From NCBI RefSeq assembly GCF_001194135.2, contig NC_069005.1, forward strand, positions 15,520,475 through 15,554,375: 33,901 bases of DNA. The letters are read 5' to 3'. This document shows, in pieces, positions 22,816 through 33,901 of this stretch. Numbering within the stretch: the stretch's first letter is position 1; each line of letters begins with the position of its first letter. A program made the translations under genes and the position numbers. The notes beneath the pieces are model-generated. The model made no database searches. It was not told the DNA's origin and was given only the letters and a program-made list of their open reading frames with translations. The stretch is from Octopus bimaculoides (lineage: Eukaryota).

Positions 22816-24062
22816 TTGTGTCATCCCATAAATAATGCAGGTCTTTTCAATTGCATGAATTAAAATTTAGAGGAGAACAGGATTAACTACCTGCATCAAC
22901 TTTCTATAAAAGCATGTAGTAATTTTACCATGGCCTTATTCTTAGTGCAAGTTTGGCAGAGTACAGTTCGATTTTAACATTTATTTTTTCAAAGCTATAA
23001 TGGAAGTGACAAAGAAGCACATTTGGCATATTTTGCTTTATGAGTTCAATAATGACAACACCACAATGGAAAGTGTGAGGAATATGAATGCAGTATATGG
23101 GGATTGGACAATAAGTGTAAGCCAGGGTAAACAGTGGTTCTTGAAATTCCAAGCCAGAAACTACAGCCTAGAAAACAAGCCTCATCCTGGAAGATCTGTA
23201 GAGCTTGACAAGGACGTCCTGCAAACCCTGGTGGAACAAAATCCCATCATAACTGTTGAGGAACTGGCAGAGAAGTTTGGATTTGGCCATTCAACTATTC
23301 ATCGACACCTGCATGCCGCTGGAAAAGTCAGTAAATGGGATCAATGGGTTCCTCACAAACTTTCCGAGTCTAATCGCACGCAGAAAGTGAATGCTGTCAC
23401 ATCTCATGAATGAACCATTTTTGGATTGAATAGTGACTGGTGTCAAGTGCCAAAGACAGCAGGTAGGGAAAGGAGAAACACCGGCACCCCAAGCTAAAGA
23501 AGGTCTTCACTCACATAAGGTGTTGTTATCTGTTTGGTGGGATATGAAAGGTTTAGTTGACTGAGCTTTTAAACCCAAACCAAACAATAGGAAAGGAGAT
23601 CTACTGGGAGCAGCTTGAGTGGCTTAAGTCAGCACTAGAAGAATAAAACTGACCATCTTTGGTTTCAAATTGAAAGGCGTTCTTCCATCATGATAATACT
23701 CAGCCACATACAGCGAGGATGGCATTCGAATGGCTGGAGCAGTTTGAATGGGAAACAATGCCTCACCCACCATATTCGCCAGACATTGCCTCATCTAATT
23801 ATCATTTATTGCGCAGTCTTCAAAATCATTTGGATGGAAAAAAATATGAATTCTGTAGACAAGGTCAGAACAGTACTGGAGAAGTATTTTTTGTCATGGA
23901 CAAGTGAATTTTGGAAGAGGGGCCTTGTAAGTTTACCAGATAGATGGAAGAGCATTGTAGAAAATGAAGGAGAGTATATTTTAGATTTAAAAAAATTTTA
24001 TCTTAATTTTGAAAAATAAGAGAAGTATGAAAACGAACCACATTATTTATGGGATGACCCAA
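22816..24062 (+). mobile_element. Mariner (DD34D-type) transposon, near full-length, inactivated
   Basis: TIRs ttg(t/g)gtcatcccataaataatg with flanking TA at 22814-15 and 24063-64. Transposase from 23000: HILLYEF, WVPHKL, HPPYSPDIASSNY; stops and deletions. Confidence 0.95.
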
Positions 24063-24650
24063 TATATGCACAAATGCATACATAATATAAGCACACAAAC
24101 ATATAAACATGCAAACAGATACATATGCACACACACACACACACACACACACACCTAATATGTCTACACAGATATACATCTAAAATTATAAAGCATATAT
24201 ACATGTTTGAATATGTGTGCCTGAGCATATGTCTAATGGTACATTATTTTTAGGGAGGCAATGAAACAACAAATTATAAAATATGTGTACATGTGTGTGC
24301 GTGTGTGTGTATACATGCACACACACACACACATCATTTATGTTTATCATTAGAGTTATATAACAACCAGAGAGACATAGTAAAATTCCAATCAATTCAG
24401 TTTATGGAGTGTATGTACTAGATGATGTAAAGTTAATATACCAGAAAGATAGCTAAATGGAGCATTATTCCTTTCTCTCTACTCCACCTTTGAGCAATAC
24501 AATATGGCAGAAAGATTGATGTCAAAATTACATCAAGAGATACAGAGACAAGAATAGACAACTAATAGCTTTTGACCAATTATAAAATTGACTTAATAAC
24601 AGCTTTTGGGTGAAGTAATGATTTCCTACCAGTCAGATTTTATACATATA

Positions 24651-24723
<73 letters not shown>

Positions 24724-25016
24724 TGTAAAATATATATACATGCACAAACATATGTATGTACACACACACACACACAGAGTAATAATTTTATATTCAGGTA
24801 TACACTTTCTAGTATGCTGTTTAAAGCCCTTCCACAGTATTCGGCTACCTGATGTCAGCAACAGTATGGAGGTATATGTCACTGGATTTTCTTCAGGAAT
24901 TTCATTGTGTCTTAGAGTTTATATAAAATACGACAGACAGAAAACGGAATTCCTAAGACTGTTTATTCAGAATCACTATGATTGCTTTGACCCATCATGC
25001 ACCAATGCCTTACAGA

Positions 25017-25182
25017 CACTAGCATAGCTAGAGTGTGTGCTGCCAGGGGCATCCCTTTCATTTTCTGCTCCCAGACCCCACAAAAAACACATATTGCCTG
25101 CAGCAGACCCAAAAATGGTGGTCCTTTAAAAGTGCTACCCAAGATGGACTGCCCCTACTGCCCTACCCTAACTACACTAGTG
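25017..25182. mobile_element. hAT-like MITE (166 bp)
   Basis: Imperfect 15-bp TIRs (cactagcatagctag / ctaactacactagtg); 8-bp TSD cttacaga (25009-16) / cttacagg (25183-90). Confidence 0.7.
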
Positions 25183-25279
25183 CTTACAGGTGAGATACTG
25201 TACATAAGATTGTCATGCAACCTAGGTGCAGATGTGTCTCCTAGGGGGACTTTTCTAAAAGTACCTAATTTTGTACTTG

Positions 25280-26320
25280 CTATTTCGCTTATTTCCATAA
25301 GGAACTGAGATATAATGGAAGAATTCTTCTCATATAAGCAATAAAATAAAGAGTACAAGGATAAAAGAATAAGGACTCAAAGAATAAAATAAAATAAATG
25401 AAATGTAATAAGAAATTGGATATTCTGTGGTATAATCCTATCTATGGATTACAAATATCATCTAAGATTGCTAAGGAATTCTTTACCACACTGAATAAAT
25501 GTTTTCCAAAATCTAATAGATATCATAAGATTCTTAATAGGTACACAGTGAATGTGTCATATGCAAATTTTAGTAACCTAGAATACTATATACATAAAAT
25601 TAATAAGAAATGAAACTGGAAGATAAACAACACAGTGATGGAGGAAACAATAAAGGATAATTTATTTAATAAGGACTCTGATAACAAGGAAGAAACAAGT
25701 CGAGCATGTTCCAATAATTACAATGGAATTAATAATATTAAAAAAATACAGAGAAAGTACTGCTGACAGCAAATACGTTGAAAATTTTTAAACTCATAAT
25801 ACTCACAACAGTAGTGACTAACTTAATGAAAGCCAATTAAGGCCACATAATAATAAAAGAAAAAAACAATAGAAGAAAAACTAAGAAGGGAAGAAAAGAG
25901 AATAATGAAACAGTTAATAGAGAACTAAAGAACAATTGTACATTTAGGGACAAAATCACATGTCCTTTATACAATCAATGCATGCATTGTAACAATATAC
26001 AAAAGCACAGTAAGTACCAGAGGAAGTACATATGTATATAGAGGAATCTGCAGATTTTTTCAAAAGTTGATATTACAGACATGTTGCCTGTTTCAATAGG
26101 ATTGATAAGAGACATTCTACCTCACTATCTATCAGACTTAATATGGAGACTAAAAGAAGATGGAATGAAATATAGTATTTCTTAGTCTGCATACCCATAT
26201 TATACCTTTTCTTGAAATTGCCATCTATGCTTGGAGGAATCCCTGTGCATTTTATTGAGTGAAAAGAACTTAGTCAACAAATGCTCCAAACGAATTATAA
26301 AATGTGACCACAGACTCATA
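25280..26320 (+). mobile_element. Degenerate Penelope-like element, 3' part (thumb region + C-terminal GIY-YIG endonuclease; Naiad-like)
   Basis: ILWYNPIY...KIAKEFFTTLNKCFPKSNRYHKILNRYTVNVSYAN; then CTFRDKITCPLYNQC, IYKSTV...YVYRG, HSTSLS/DLIWRLK, CHLCLEES...LVNK...KCDH. Confidence 0.8.
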
Positions 26321-26356
26321 TATATGTATATATATAGTGGCATGTAAATAGAACAG

Positions 26357-26800
26357 TTGGAGCATTGGGTCTCACAGAGGCAAAAGTGGCTGAGTTCCTC
26401 TGGAGCATTGGGCTTCATGGAGGCAAAGTGGTTGAATTCCTTTCAAGTGTTGGGCCTCATAGAAGCAAAGTGGTCGAGTTCCTTTCAGGTGCTGGGCCTC
26501 ACAGAGGCAATGATCAAGACTTTTGGCATTAGGTCAGGCTTGAGAAGAAGATCCATCAAGCCAAGAAAAATCACTGTCATGGCAGATACAGGTGTCACAA
26601 ATGGCACCCATGCCAGTGGCACATAAAAGCACCCATTACACTCTCAGAGTGGTTGGCGTTAGGAAGGGCATCCAACCATAGAAAACCATGCCAAATCAGA
26701 CTGGAGTCTAGTGCAGCCTTCCAGCTTACCAGCCCTGGTCAAACCATCCAATGCATGCCAGCATAGACAACAGATGTTAAATGATGATGATGGTGATGAT
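26357..26800 (+). mobile_element. RTE 3' UTR with 3.6 copies of a 42-43-bp unit and (GAT)n tail
   Basis: Units start at 26358, 26401, 26443 and 26485; the unit matches 14001-14025 in the RTE 3' UTR. Confidence 0.85.
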
Positions 26801-27059
26801 GATTATATATATATATGTATATACACATGCACACATACACACACACATTCTCATTCACTTACATATGTACTTCAAGAATAATAATAGCAATATGATTGAA
26901 ACAAAAACAAACCATTTATCAAGTAGCGAAGAGAATTGTTTTCCACCAGAAAATATCAATCAGTATAGATCCTAAAATCTCTTTAAAGTAATTTACTGCA
27001 AACATTATTGTTGATTTATTCATTAATTTGATATTAAACTGTTTTAATTTTACACACTT

Positions 27060-27090
<31 letters not shown>

Positions 27091-27536
27091 CACACACACA
27101 CACCCACACATCAATAAGAAGCTTGGTAATAAATCTGAACAAAAAGACAGGAAAAAATGAATCTCAGGAAGTTCAGTTATATAAATAGTAGATTTGTACA
27201 AAATGTAGTAAATTATTAAGAACATTGCTCAGAAGCAAACAAAATCTTATGTATACACACACAAAGGTTAAGTACTTCAACCATTCATGGAAGAATGTAT
27301 GTTTAGCAATAGGCAGCAAATATACAATATCTGTGTTTAACATATGTGATTACAATCTGTGTAATTGAGAAACAAACCCTGATATTTAGTAGCACTAACC
27401 TGCACTCATTTACATTGCTTCTACTGATACTCTCTGATACAAATAAAAAATCCCCTCTGTCTACAGAGAATATTGTTCTTTGTGTGAATGGAGAAAAAAA
27501 AAACAAAAACAAAAAAAATAAAGCTTTTTTTTTCAC

Positions 27537-27573
27537 CTGTGTATCTTTCGATGGAAGTTATAAATTCAGCCAT
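27537..27573 (-). CDS. Candidate 37-nt exon (phase 0 to 1; MAEFITSIERYT)
   Basis: gcactaactactgtgtacag|ATGG...ACACAG|gtgaaa; only one frame open; the branch-like CTAAC is rather close to the AG. Confidence 0.25.
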
Positions 27574-28469
27574 CTGTACACAGTAGTTAGTGCATGTCTT
27601 TACACTTGGATGACCTTTCTAATACAAGCCCTTTCAATTCTGAATTGAGAGTAGCACTCATTTTCAGTTACGCAAACAAGAAAAACATGCAAAATGCTTC
27701 AGGCAAATATATTAAATGTCTAAAATAAAGCAAAAACAAAAAAAAATCCGTTATATTGTCTTTGCCATTTTGTTTTTCATATTCTCACATGTGCACAGAC
27801 ACACATGCACACAACTGTAGTACAAAGTAAATATATAAATTATTGATAATTTAAACAATATCGGCCTCATGGAGAAACCATGCACTACATATTTGATATT
27901 CAGATAACTAAGAAACAAAAATGTACACATCCATAGCAGAAAAAAAAAAAACAATGCATAAAACAAAATTTAAAAAAAAAAAGGAGAAACACAAGACTGA
28001 TATTGTTCTGATGAGAAAGAGACGAAAACAGAGGCTTGTCGTTAGAATCTGAAGGAGATAAGCAGATGGTGAAATAATGGTACCATAAAGAACAACCACT
28101 TGAGGAATATAGGCATAGAAACACGACAGCTAAATGTCGTTTTACTTCTTTATAAGAGGAGTTACTAAGTTCATGTTATACAGATATTGAATGGTTAAGA
28201 AGTTTGCTTTGCAATCAAGCAGTGCTAGGTTCAATTCCATTTCATGACTTCGTGCATAGGTATCTTTTACCAAATTCTTGCGCTGACCAAAACTTTGTGA
28301 GTGAAACTGGGTTGACACACTTTGTGGAAGCCTACTGGATGGATGTCAAAGGTCCAGCTTTACTGATTCTATCCAAGAATAAAAATAACATGTCTGTGGA
28401 GTATTCAGTCACTTCTACATGAATTCAAGGAACAGATAATTCAACTGGCCAAACAACTGAATCGTGAGC

Positions 28470-28910
28470 ATTGAAGGGGTATCCCAGGAAGACATGGGAC
28501 GAAGTGTAGTGAAAGAATCAACAGGCGTTGGGACTTACAGTGGGGATGTCAGAGGACTGAGGTGCCTGGTGGTTTGCTGTGCTCGAAAAGACACGTGAAG
28601 CTAAGTAAAAGCATGGTTGTCCTTGCATACAGGATTGTACCTTGCATCCCTCTCCAGCTGAGCATTCCTAACCTTGTGGGCTTACGTGTGCTGGTACCAT
28701 GTAAAAAGCACCCATACTGGTGCCGTGTAAATGCACCCATACACTACTGTGTTAAAGTGCCAAGTACATTCTGTAAAGTGGTTGGTGTTAAGGGCATCCA
28801 GAAACAGAAACCATGCCAAAACAGACATGGAGCCTGGCCAGCTCTTCTCAAAGTGTTCAACTCATGTCAGCATAGAAAATGGAAATTAATGAAGACGATG
28901 ATGATGATGA
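28470..28910 (+). mobile_element. RTE ORF end plus full 3' UTR and (GAT)n tail
   Basis: PRKTWDEV... followed continuously by 26-bp-type units, ggttggtgttaagggcatccag and gatgatgat; links the (GAT)-tailed repeat family to the RTE. Confidence 0.8.
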
Positions 28911-29402
28911 TGAAACAGAAGTTCATTTACTTTTACTAGTTGAGCAATTGATCTGGCAACCACACTCTGGAGTAAGCTCTGTGATTTAACATACAAGTCT
29001 CTTTGTAAAGTTTCTATAAGACAAAATATTACATTGCACACCTTTCTACATTTGTATCATCATCATCACTTCAACATCTATTTTTCCATGCTTGCACGTG
29101 TGTGTGTGTGCATGGGTTAGTGGTTAGGGTGTTGAACTCATGGTTGCTAGATCATGATTTCAATTCCTGGACTGGGTCTGGGTGATGCATTGTGTTCTAG
29201 AGCAAAACACTATCTCATGTTGCTCTGCGATCAATTCGACACCCAATGAATGGCACACTTGTGCACCTGTTTGGGCAAAGTTGATTGGATGGAGTGATTG
29301 AGCTAATGTACAGCATGATCATTTGATCATTATAAACAAGTCGTTTGTGTAGGTTGTTTGACAAAATGCTGAATGCTCATACATCATCTTCGATAGGAGA
29401 GT

Positions 29403-29444
<42 letters not shown>

Positions 29445-29551
29445 TANNNNNNNNNNNNNNNNNNNNNNNNNNNNNNNNNNNNNNNNNNNNNNNNNNNNNN
29501 NNNNNNNNNNNNNNNNNNNNNNNNNNNNNNNNNNNNNNNNNNNNNNNNNNN

Positions 29552-29585
<34 letters not shown>

Positions 29586-29589
29586 TATG

Positions 29590-32216
29590 AACTGCAGCTA
29601 TTAAACAACAGTCTTTTTTCAATATAGCCCAAAAGATAGTACAGCAGCTGACATGGATGCACAGGATGCAAACTCAAAGCCATGCATTTCAATGCAAGTG
29701 ACAGGCCCAAGATGGCCACCACTAACACCTACCTCGGTATTGCATCTCTGTTCCTACTGAATACTGGAGGTCTGCTACAACTCAGCAACAGAGGTAAAAT
29801 TCTCTGTCTAAAAGAGCTTGCTACATGTAATCAAGCAATATGCATGGCACTCACTGAAACGCTTCTAGTCCCTGATGTTACAGATTCAGAAGTGCACATA
29901 CCAGGGTATACTGTATTTTAATACAGACAGAAGAGAAAGAAGCCACAGTGAAGTTGCTATGTACATCCGTGAAGACGTCACACCTCTTGTATTACTGTCA
30001 CATTCAAACTCAGTTTGCGACACCTTAATAATACATATAAAGCAAGCTGATGTAGCTGTGTGCACAATATATCGTCCGCCGAATACCACAAAATATGATG
30101 GAAAATTTGAGGATAGCCTCAAACACATCGAAGAGGTATTAACATACCCAGATCAGAACATCAACATGCTCTTCCTGAGTGATTTCAACCTTCCACATGT
30201 CAAATGGCCAGAAGGCCACATCCTCTCTGGGATGTCATTGCATGAACAAAAGCACATGGAGTCATTATTTGAACTTACTAATAAGCTGTTCATGGAGCAA
30301 GTGATACTCAGGTCAACCAGGGGGAACAACATATTGGACCTATGCTTCACAAATAATGTGGACCTTATCCATAATGTGAAGGTAACACCAATGGCACTCT
30401 CAGATCACAACATTGTTGAACTAACTATGTATGGTCCTGTGCGAACTGTTGGTATTTACCCTATCAGGAGGACTGAAGCCTTATCCAACCTGAATTTCCA
30501 TAAGGCAAAATGGGAATAAATCCGCAAAGAGATCTACAAACGAAACTGATTCAACATTCTGTGTATGCAAAACATTGATCTGAAACTCAACCAGTTTATG
30601 TCAACAGTGCAAGCTGTATGCACTAAATATGTCCCAGAAAGAAAGGCCAGCACACTGTCAAGCAAGATTCTCAGGGACAGAAAGATCCTCATGAGATGCA
30701 GGTCAAAGATCTCAAAGTGGCTGAATAGGCAACTGAAGGATAGAGAGAAGTCTACCTTAATAAGGACCCTCCTAGAAATTGAAAGCAAGATCAAACTCTC
30801 TCACGAAAGAGAAAGAGCAGAGAGAAAGAAAAGGGCTGTGGAAAGTATAAAAACAAATCCCAAAGCTTTCTATAAATTTGCAAAGGAAACAGCTTCAATA
30901 CAATATAAAATAGGACCATTGTTCCAAGGAAATGGCTCACTGACAGCGGACCAAGGAAGGATAAGTGAGATAATCAGTGAACAATTTTAAAGTGTCTTCA
31001 CTTCCCCCCTTAGAAACATGCAGATAAAAAATCCAGCTGAATTCTTTAATATTGCCGCTCTAAAAAAGGAGGCACCAGCCATCAATTAATCAACATTGAG
31101 GAAACAGATGTAACAGCAACCATAGATGAAATGAGTTCATGTTCCACCACTGGTCCTGATGGCTTCCCAGCTATTCTCCTAAACTGATGTAAATAGGCTT
31201 TAGTGAAACCACTTAAGATACTTTTCCAAAGTTTCCTTGCAAGTACTTCCTAAAATGCTGAAAGAAGGCATTATATGCCCTATCCACAAAGGTGGAAGTA
31301 GAGCAGAGGCCAAAAACTACAGGTCAGTCTCTCTGACTTTGCATATCAGTAAAGTCATGGAGCAAATCATCAGAAAGAAGTTGATAATGTTCCTAGAAGA
31401 AAATGACCTACTGAACAATACTCAGCATGGCTTCCATCCAGGAAGAAGCTGCCTCACACAGCTCCTGCAACACTATGATTGGGTTTTGGAGCAGCTGCAT
31501 GACTATGTCAATGTGATATACCTTGACTTCCCAAAGGTATTTGATAAGGTAAATCATGGCGTGATAAGTCATAAGCTACGAGACCCTGGCATTGCTGGTA
31601 AACTGGGAGAGTGGCTGCATGATTCCCTCAAAAACAGAAGTCAGGTAGCTGCAGCCAATGGTGCCATTTCTGAGGAAACTCAAATCATAAGTGGTATCCC
31701 CCAGGGAACTGTTCTGGGGCCATTACTGTTCATAACAGTACTCTTAGACATGCCCATGGTCACTCAGACAGCCACTGTCACTAGCTATGCCAATAATACA
31801 AAATTATTACAGACAATAAAAAACCAAGATGACATCACAAGCTTACAGCAGGACTTGAGCTCAATATACAAGCATGCAGTTTAATGCTGAAACATTTCAA
31901 GTACTGCACTATCAACACATGAATACAGTACAATCTACATTTACAGGAGCCGAAGGCCCTACAATCCCAGAGTCACAGGCAGCGAAAGACTTGGGGATCA
32001 GTATGTGCAATGACGCATCATTTCATATGCACATAAGCAAGATGGCAGCAAAGTGCAGACAACTGGCAAGATGGATATTGAGGTCTTTCAAGACAAGAGA
32101 CCAAGAAACCATGTTGACCCTGTGGAAAACCTTTGTTCTTAGCCGCCTGGACTACTGTTCCCAGTTATGGTCACCACATAGCACCAAACTAACAGCGGAG
32201 CCTGAAGCTACCCAGA
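29590..32216 (+). mobile_element. CR1-group LINE ORF2 (APE endonuclease + RT), pseudogenised, 3'-truncated
   Basis: ALTET, IYRPP, SDFNLP, TRGNNILDL, LSDH; PIHKGG...NYRSVSL, QHGF...SCLTQL, YLDFPKVFDKV, GIPQGTVLGPLLF. The catalytic YADD is mutated to YANN; several stops and frameshifts. Confidence 0.94.
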
Positions 32217-32497
32217 CTGCAACCTGCTTGATTATTATGTGTGGGGCGCAGTTGAATGAGAGACCACCTAAACTCCTTGTAACACCGAAGTTGAACTGAA
32301 GGCAAGGATTATGGAGAAGATTCTGGAGTCATCTGGCGGGTGTAGTTGAAGCCAATGGTGATTTTATTGAATAAATTTACTCTTTAGTATTTCAAGATAT
32401 TTTTAAGTAATTTTGATAAATATATCTGTTAAAATGAGACGCCAGTATTATTTTAATTTTTGCATAATTTAGACATCAATTTATTCACCGCACCCTA
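32211..32497 (+). mobile_element. 3' end of a maT/DD37D-like Tc1/mariner element with terminal repeat
   Basis: PDCNLLDYYVWGAVE...ELKARIM...VVEANGDFIE*; ends acatcaatttattcaccgcacccta|ta. Confidence 0.78.
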
Positions 32498-32721
32498 TAT
32501 ATTATATATATAAATATATATATATACACATACATACATACATAGGTGCTAGTGTGACTGCGTGGTAAGAAGCTTGCTTTCCAACCGCATTGTTCCAGGT
32601 TCAGTCCCACTGCATGGCACCTTGGGCAAGTGTCTTCTACTATAGATCTGGGCTAACCAAAGTCTTGTGAGTGGATTTAGTATACAGAAACTGAAAGAAG
32701 TGCCTTGTATATGTATATATA

Positions 32722-33869
32722 TTGGCTCATCCCATAAATAATGCTGTTTTTTTATGTTTTTGTTTTTTTTCAAAATTAAGATAAGGTTCTTTTTTAATCT
32801 AAAATATACTCTTCCTCAGTTTCTACAATGCTCTTCTATCTATCTGGTAGGTTTGCAAGGCCCCTCTTTCAAAATTCACTTTTCTGTGATGAAAAATACT
32901 CCTCCAGTACTTTTCTGATCTCATCTACAGAATTCATATTTTTTCCATTCAAATGATTTTGAAGACTGCAGAATAAATGATAATCAGATGGGGCAATGTC
33001 CAGCAAATATGGTGGGTGGGGCATCATTTCCCATTCAAACTCCTCCAGTTTTTGGAATGTCATCCTCACTGTATATGGCCGAGCATTATCCTGATGGAAG
33101 AATACCTTTCATCTTGAAACCAAAGATGAATGTTTTCCTCCCAGTGCTGACTTAAGCCACTCAAGCTGCTCACTGTAGATCTCCTTTGTTATCTTTTGGT
33201 TTTTGGCTTAAAAGTTCAAAGTGGGCTAAACCTTTCATATCCCACCAAACAGATAACAACACCTTACGTGGGTGAAAATCTTCTTTAGCCTAGGGTGCTG
33301 GTGTTTCTCTTTTCCCTACCCATTGTCTTCAGGACTTGACATTTTTACAGAGAACCCATTTCTCATCATCAGTCACTGTTTGGTTCAAAAATGGTTCATT
33401 TATGAGACATGACAGCAAAGTTCACTCTTTTCGTGCGATTAGACTTGGAAAGTTTGTGAGGAACCCATTGACCCAATTTGCTGATTTTTCTAATGGCAAG
33501 CAGGTACTGATGAATGGTTGAATGACCAAAACGAAGCTTCTCAGCCAGTTCCTCAACAGTTATGATGGGATTTTGTTCCACCAGGGTTTGCAGGATGTCC
33601 TTGTCGAAGTCTACAGATCTTGAAGGATGAGGCTCATCTTCTAGGCTGTAGTTTCCAGCTCGGAATTTCTGGAACCACTGTTGACACTGGTTTACACTTA
33701 TTATCCAATCCCCATATACTGCATTAATATTCCTTGCACTTTCCGTTGCGTTTTTGCCTTTATTGAACTCATAAAGGAGAATATGCTGAATATGCTCCTT
33801 TGTCACTTCCATTATAGCTTTGAAAAGATTCATGCAACTGAAAAACCCGCATTATTTATGGGATGACCC

Positions 33870-33871
<2 letters not shown>
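32722..33871 (-). mobile_element. Second mariner copy of the same family, inverted relative to 22816-24062
   Basis: TIRs ttggctcatcccataaataatgc and gcattatttatgggatgaccctg with flanking TA; MEVTKEHIQHILLYEF...WVPHKL, VTDDEKW, HPPYLLDIAPSDY; about 125-bp 5' UTR deletion relative to copy 1. Confidence 0.95.
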
Positions 33872-33900
<29 letters not shown>

Positions 33901-33901
33901 A

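Noticed and set aside
26195-26230. In-frame TGA next to the Cys motif in the Penelope-like element as selenocysteine
   Set aside because: The position corresponds to a non-Cys residue before CxxC, and the copy has many other stops and frameshifts.
3529-28971. Plus-strand exon candidates (about 3529-3568, 22450-22530, 24798-24871, 28940-28971)
   Set aside because: Plausible splice sites, but they form no consistent recognisable protein (the first joins 5695 to create a stop); such patterns are expected by chance in AT-rich DNA.

Overview
AT-rich eukaryotic DNA, very rich in microsatellites, with two assembly gaps (984-993, 29447-29551). The repeat families resemble Octopus/coleoid cephalopod repeats (recognised from memory, not by database search). 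There are no bacterial features and no complete host gene. Most of the window is decayed mobile DNA: a solo LTR with a perfect 5-bp TSD; non-LTR retrotransposon fragments of four clades (R4/Dong-like, L1/Tx1-like, RTE, CR1-group) plus a Penelope-like GIY-YIG element; two near-full mariners in opposite orientation; a maT-like Tc1/mariner end; piggyBac-like and hAT-like MITEs; a Helitron-derived Lep1/DINE-like element; three groups of tRNA-derived SINEs; and many RTE 3' ends. The most notable signals are a 41-42-bp CCAAT-box minisatellite with ABC-ABC-DD higher-order structure, a candidate 3-nt microexon among phase-compatible minus-strand exon candidates, a PHD finger inside an RTE ORF2, a Dong-like LINE within a (TAA)n SINE stack, and a split/inverted Tx1 arrangement. 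All exon calls are low confidence. No clearly novel system can be claimed from sequence alone. Most ORFs in the supplied track are simple-repeat artefacts or TE remnants.
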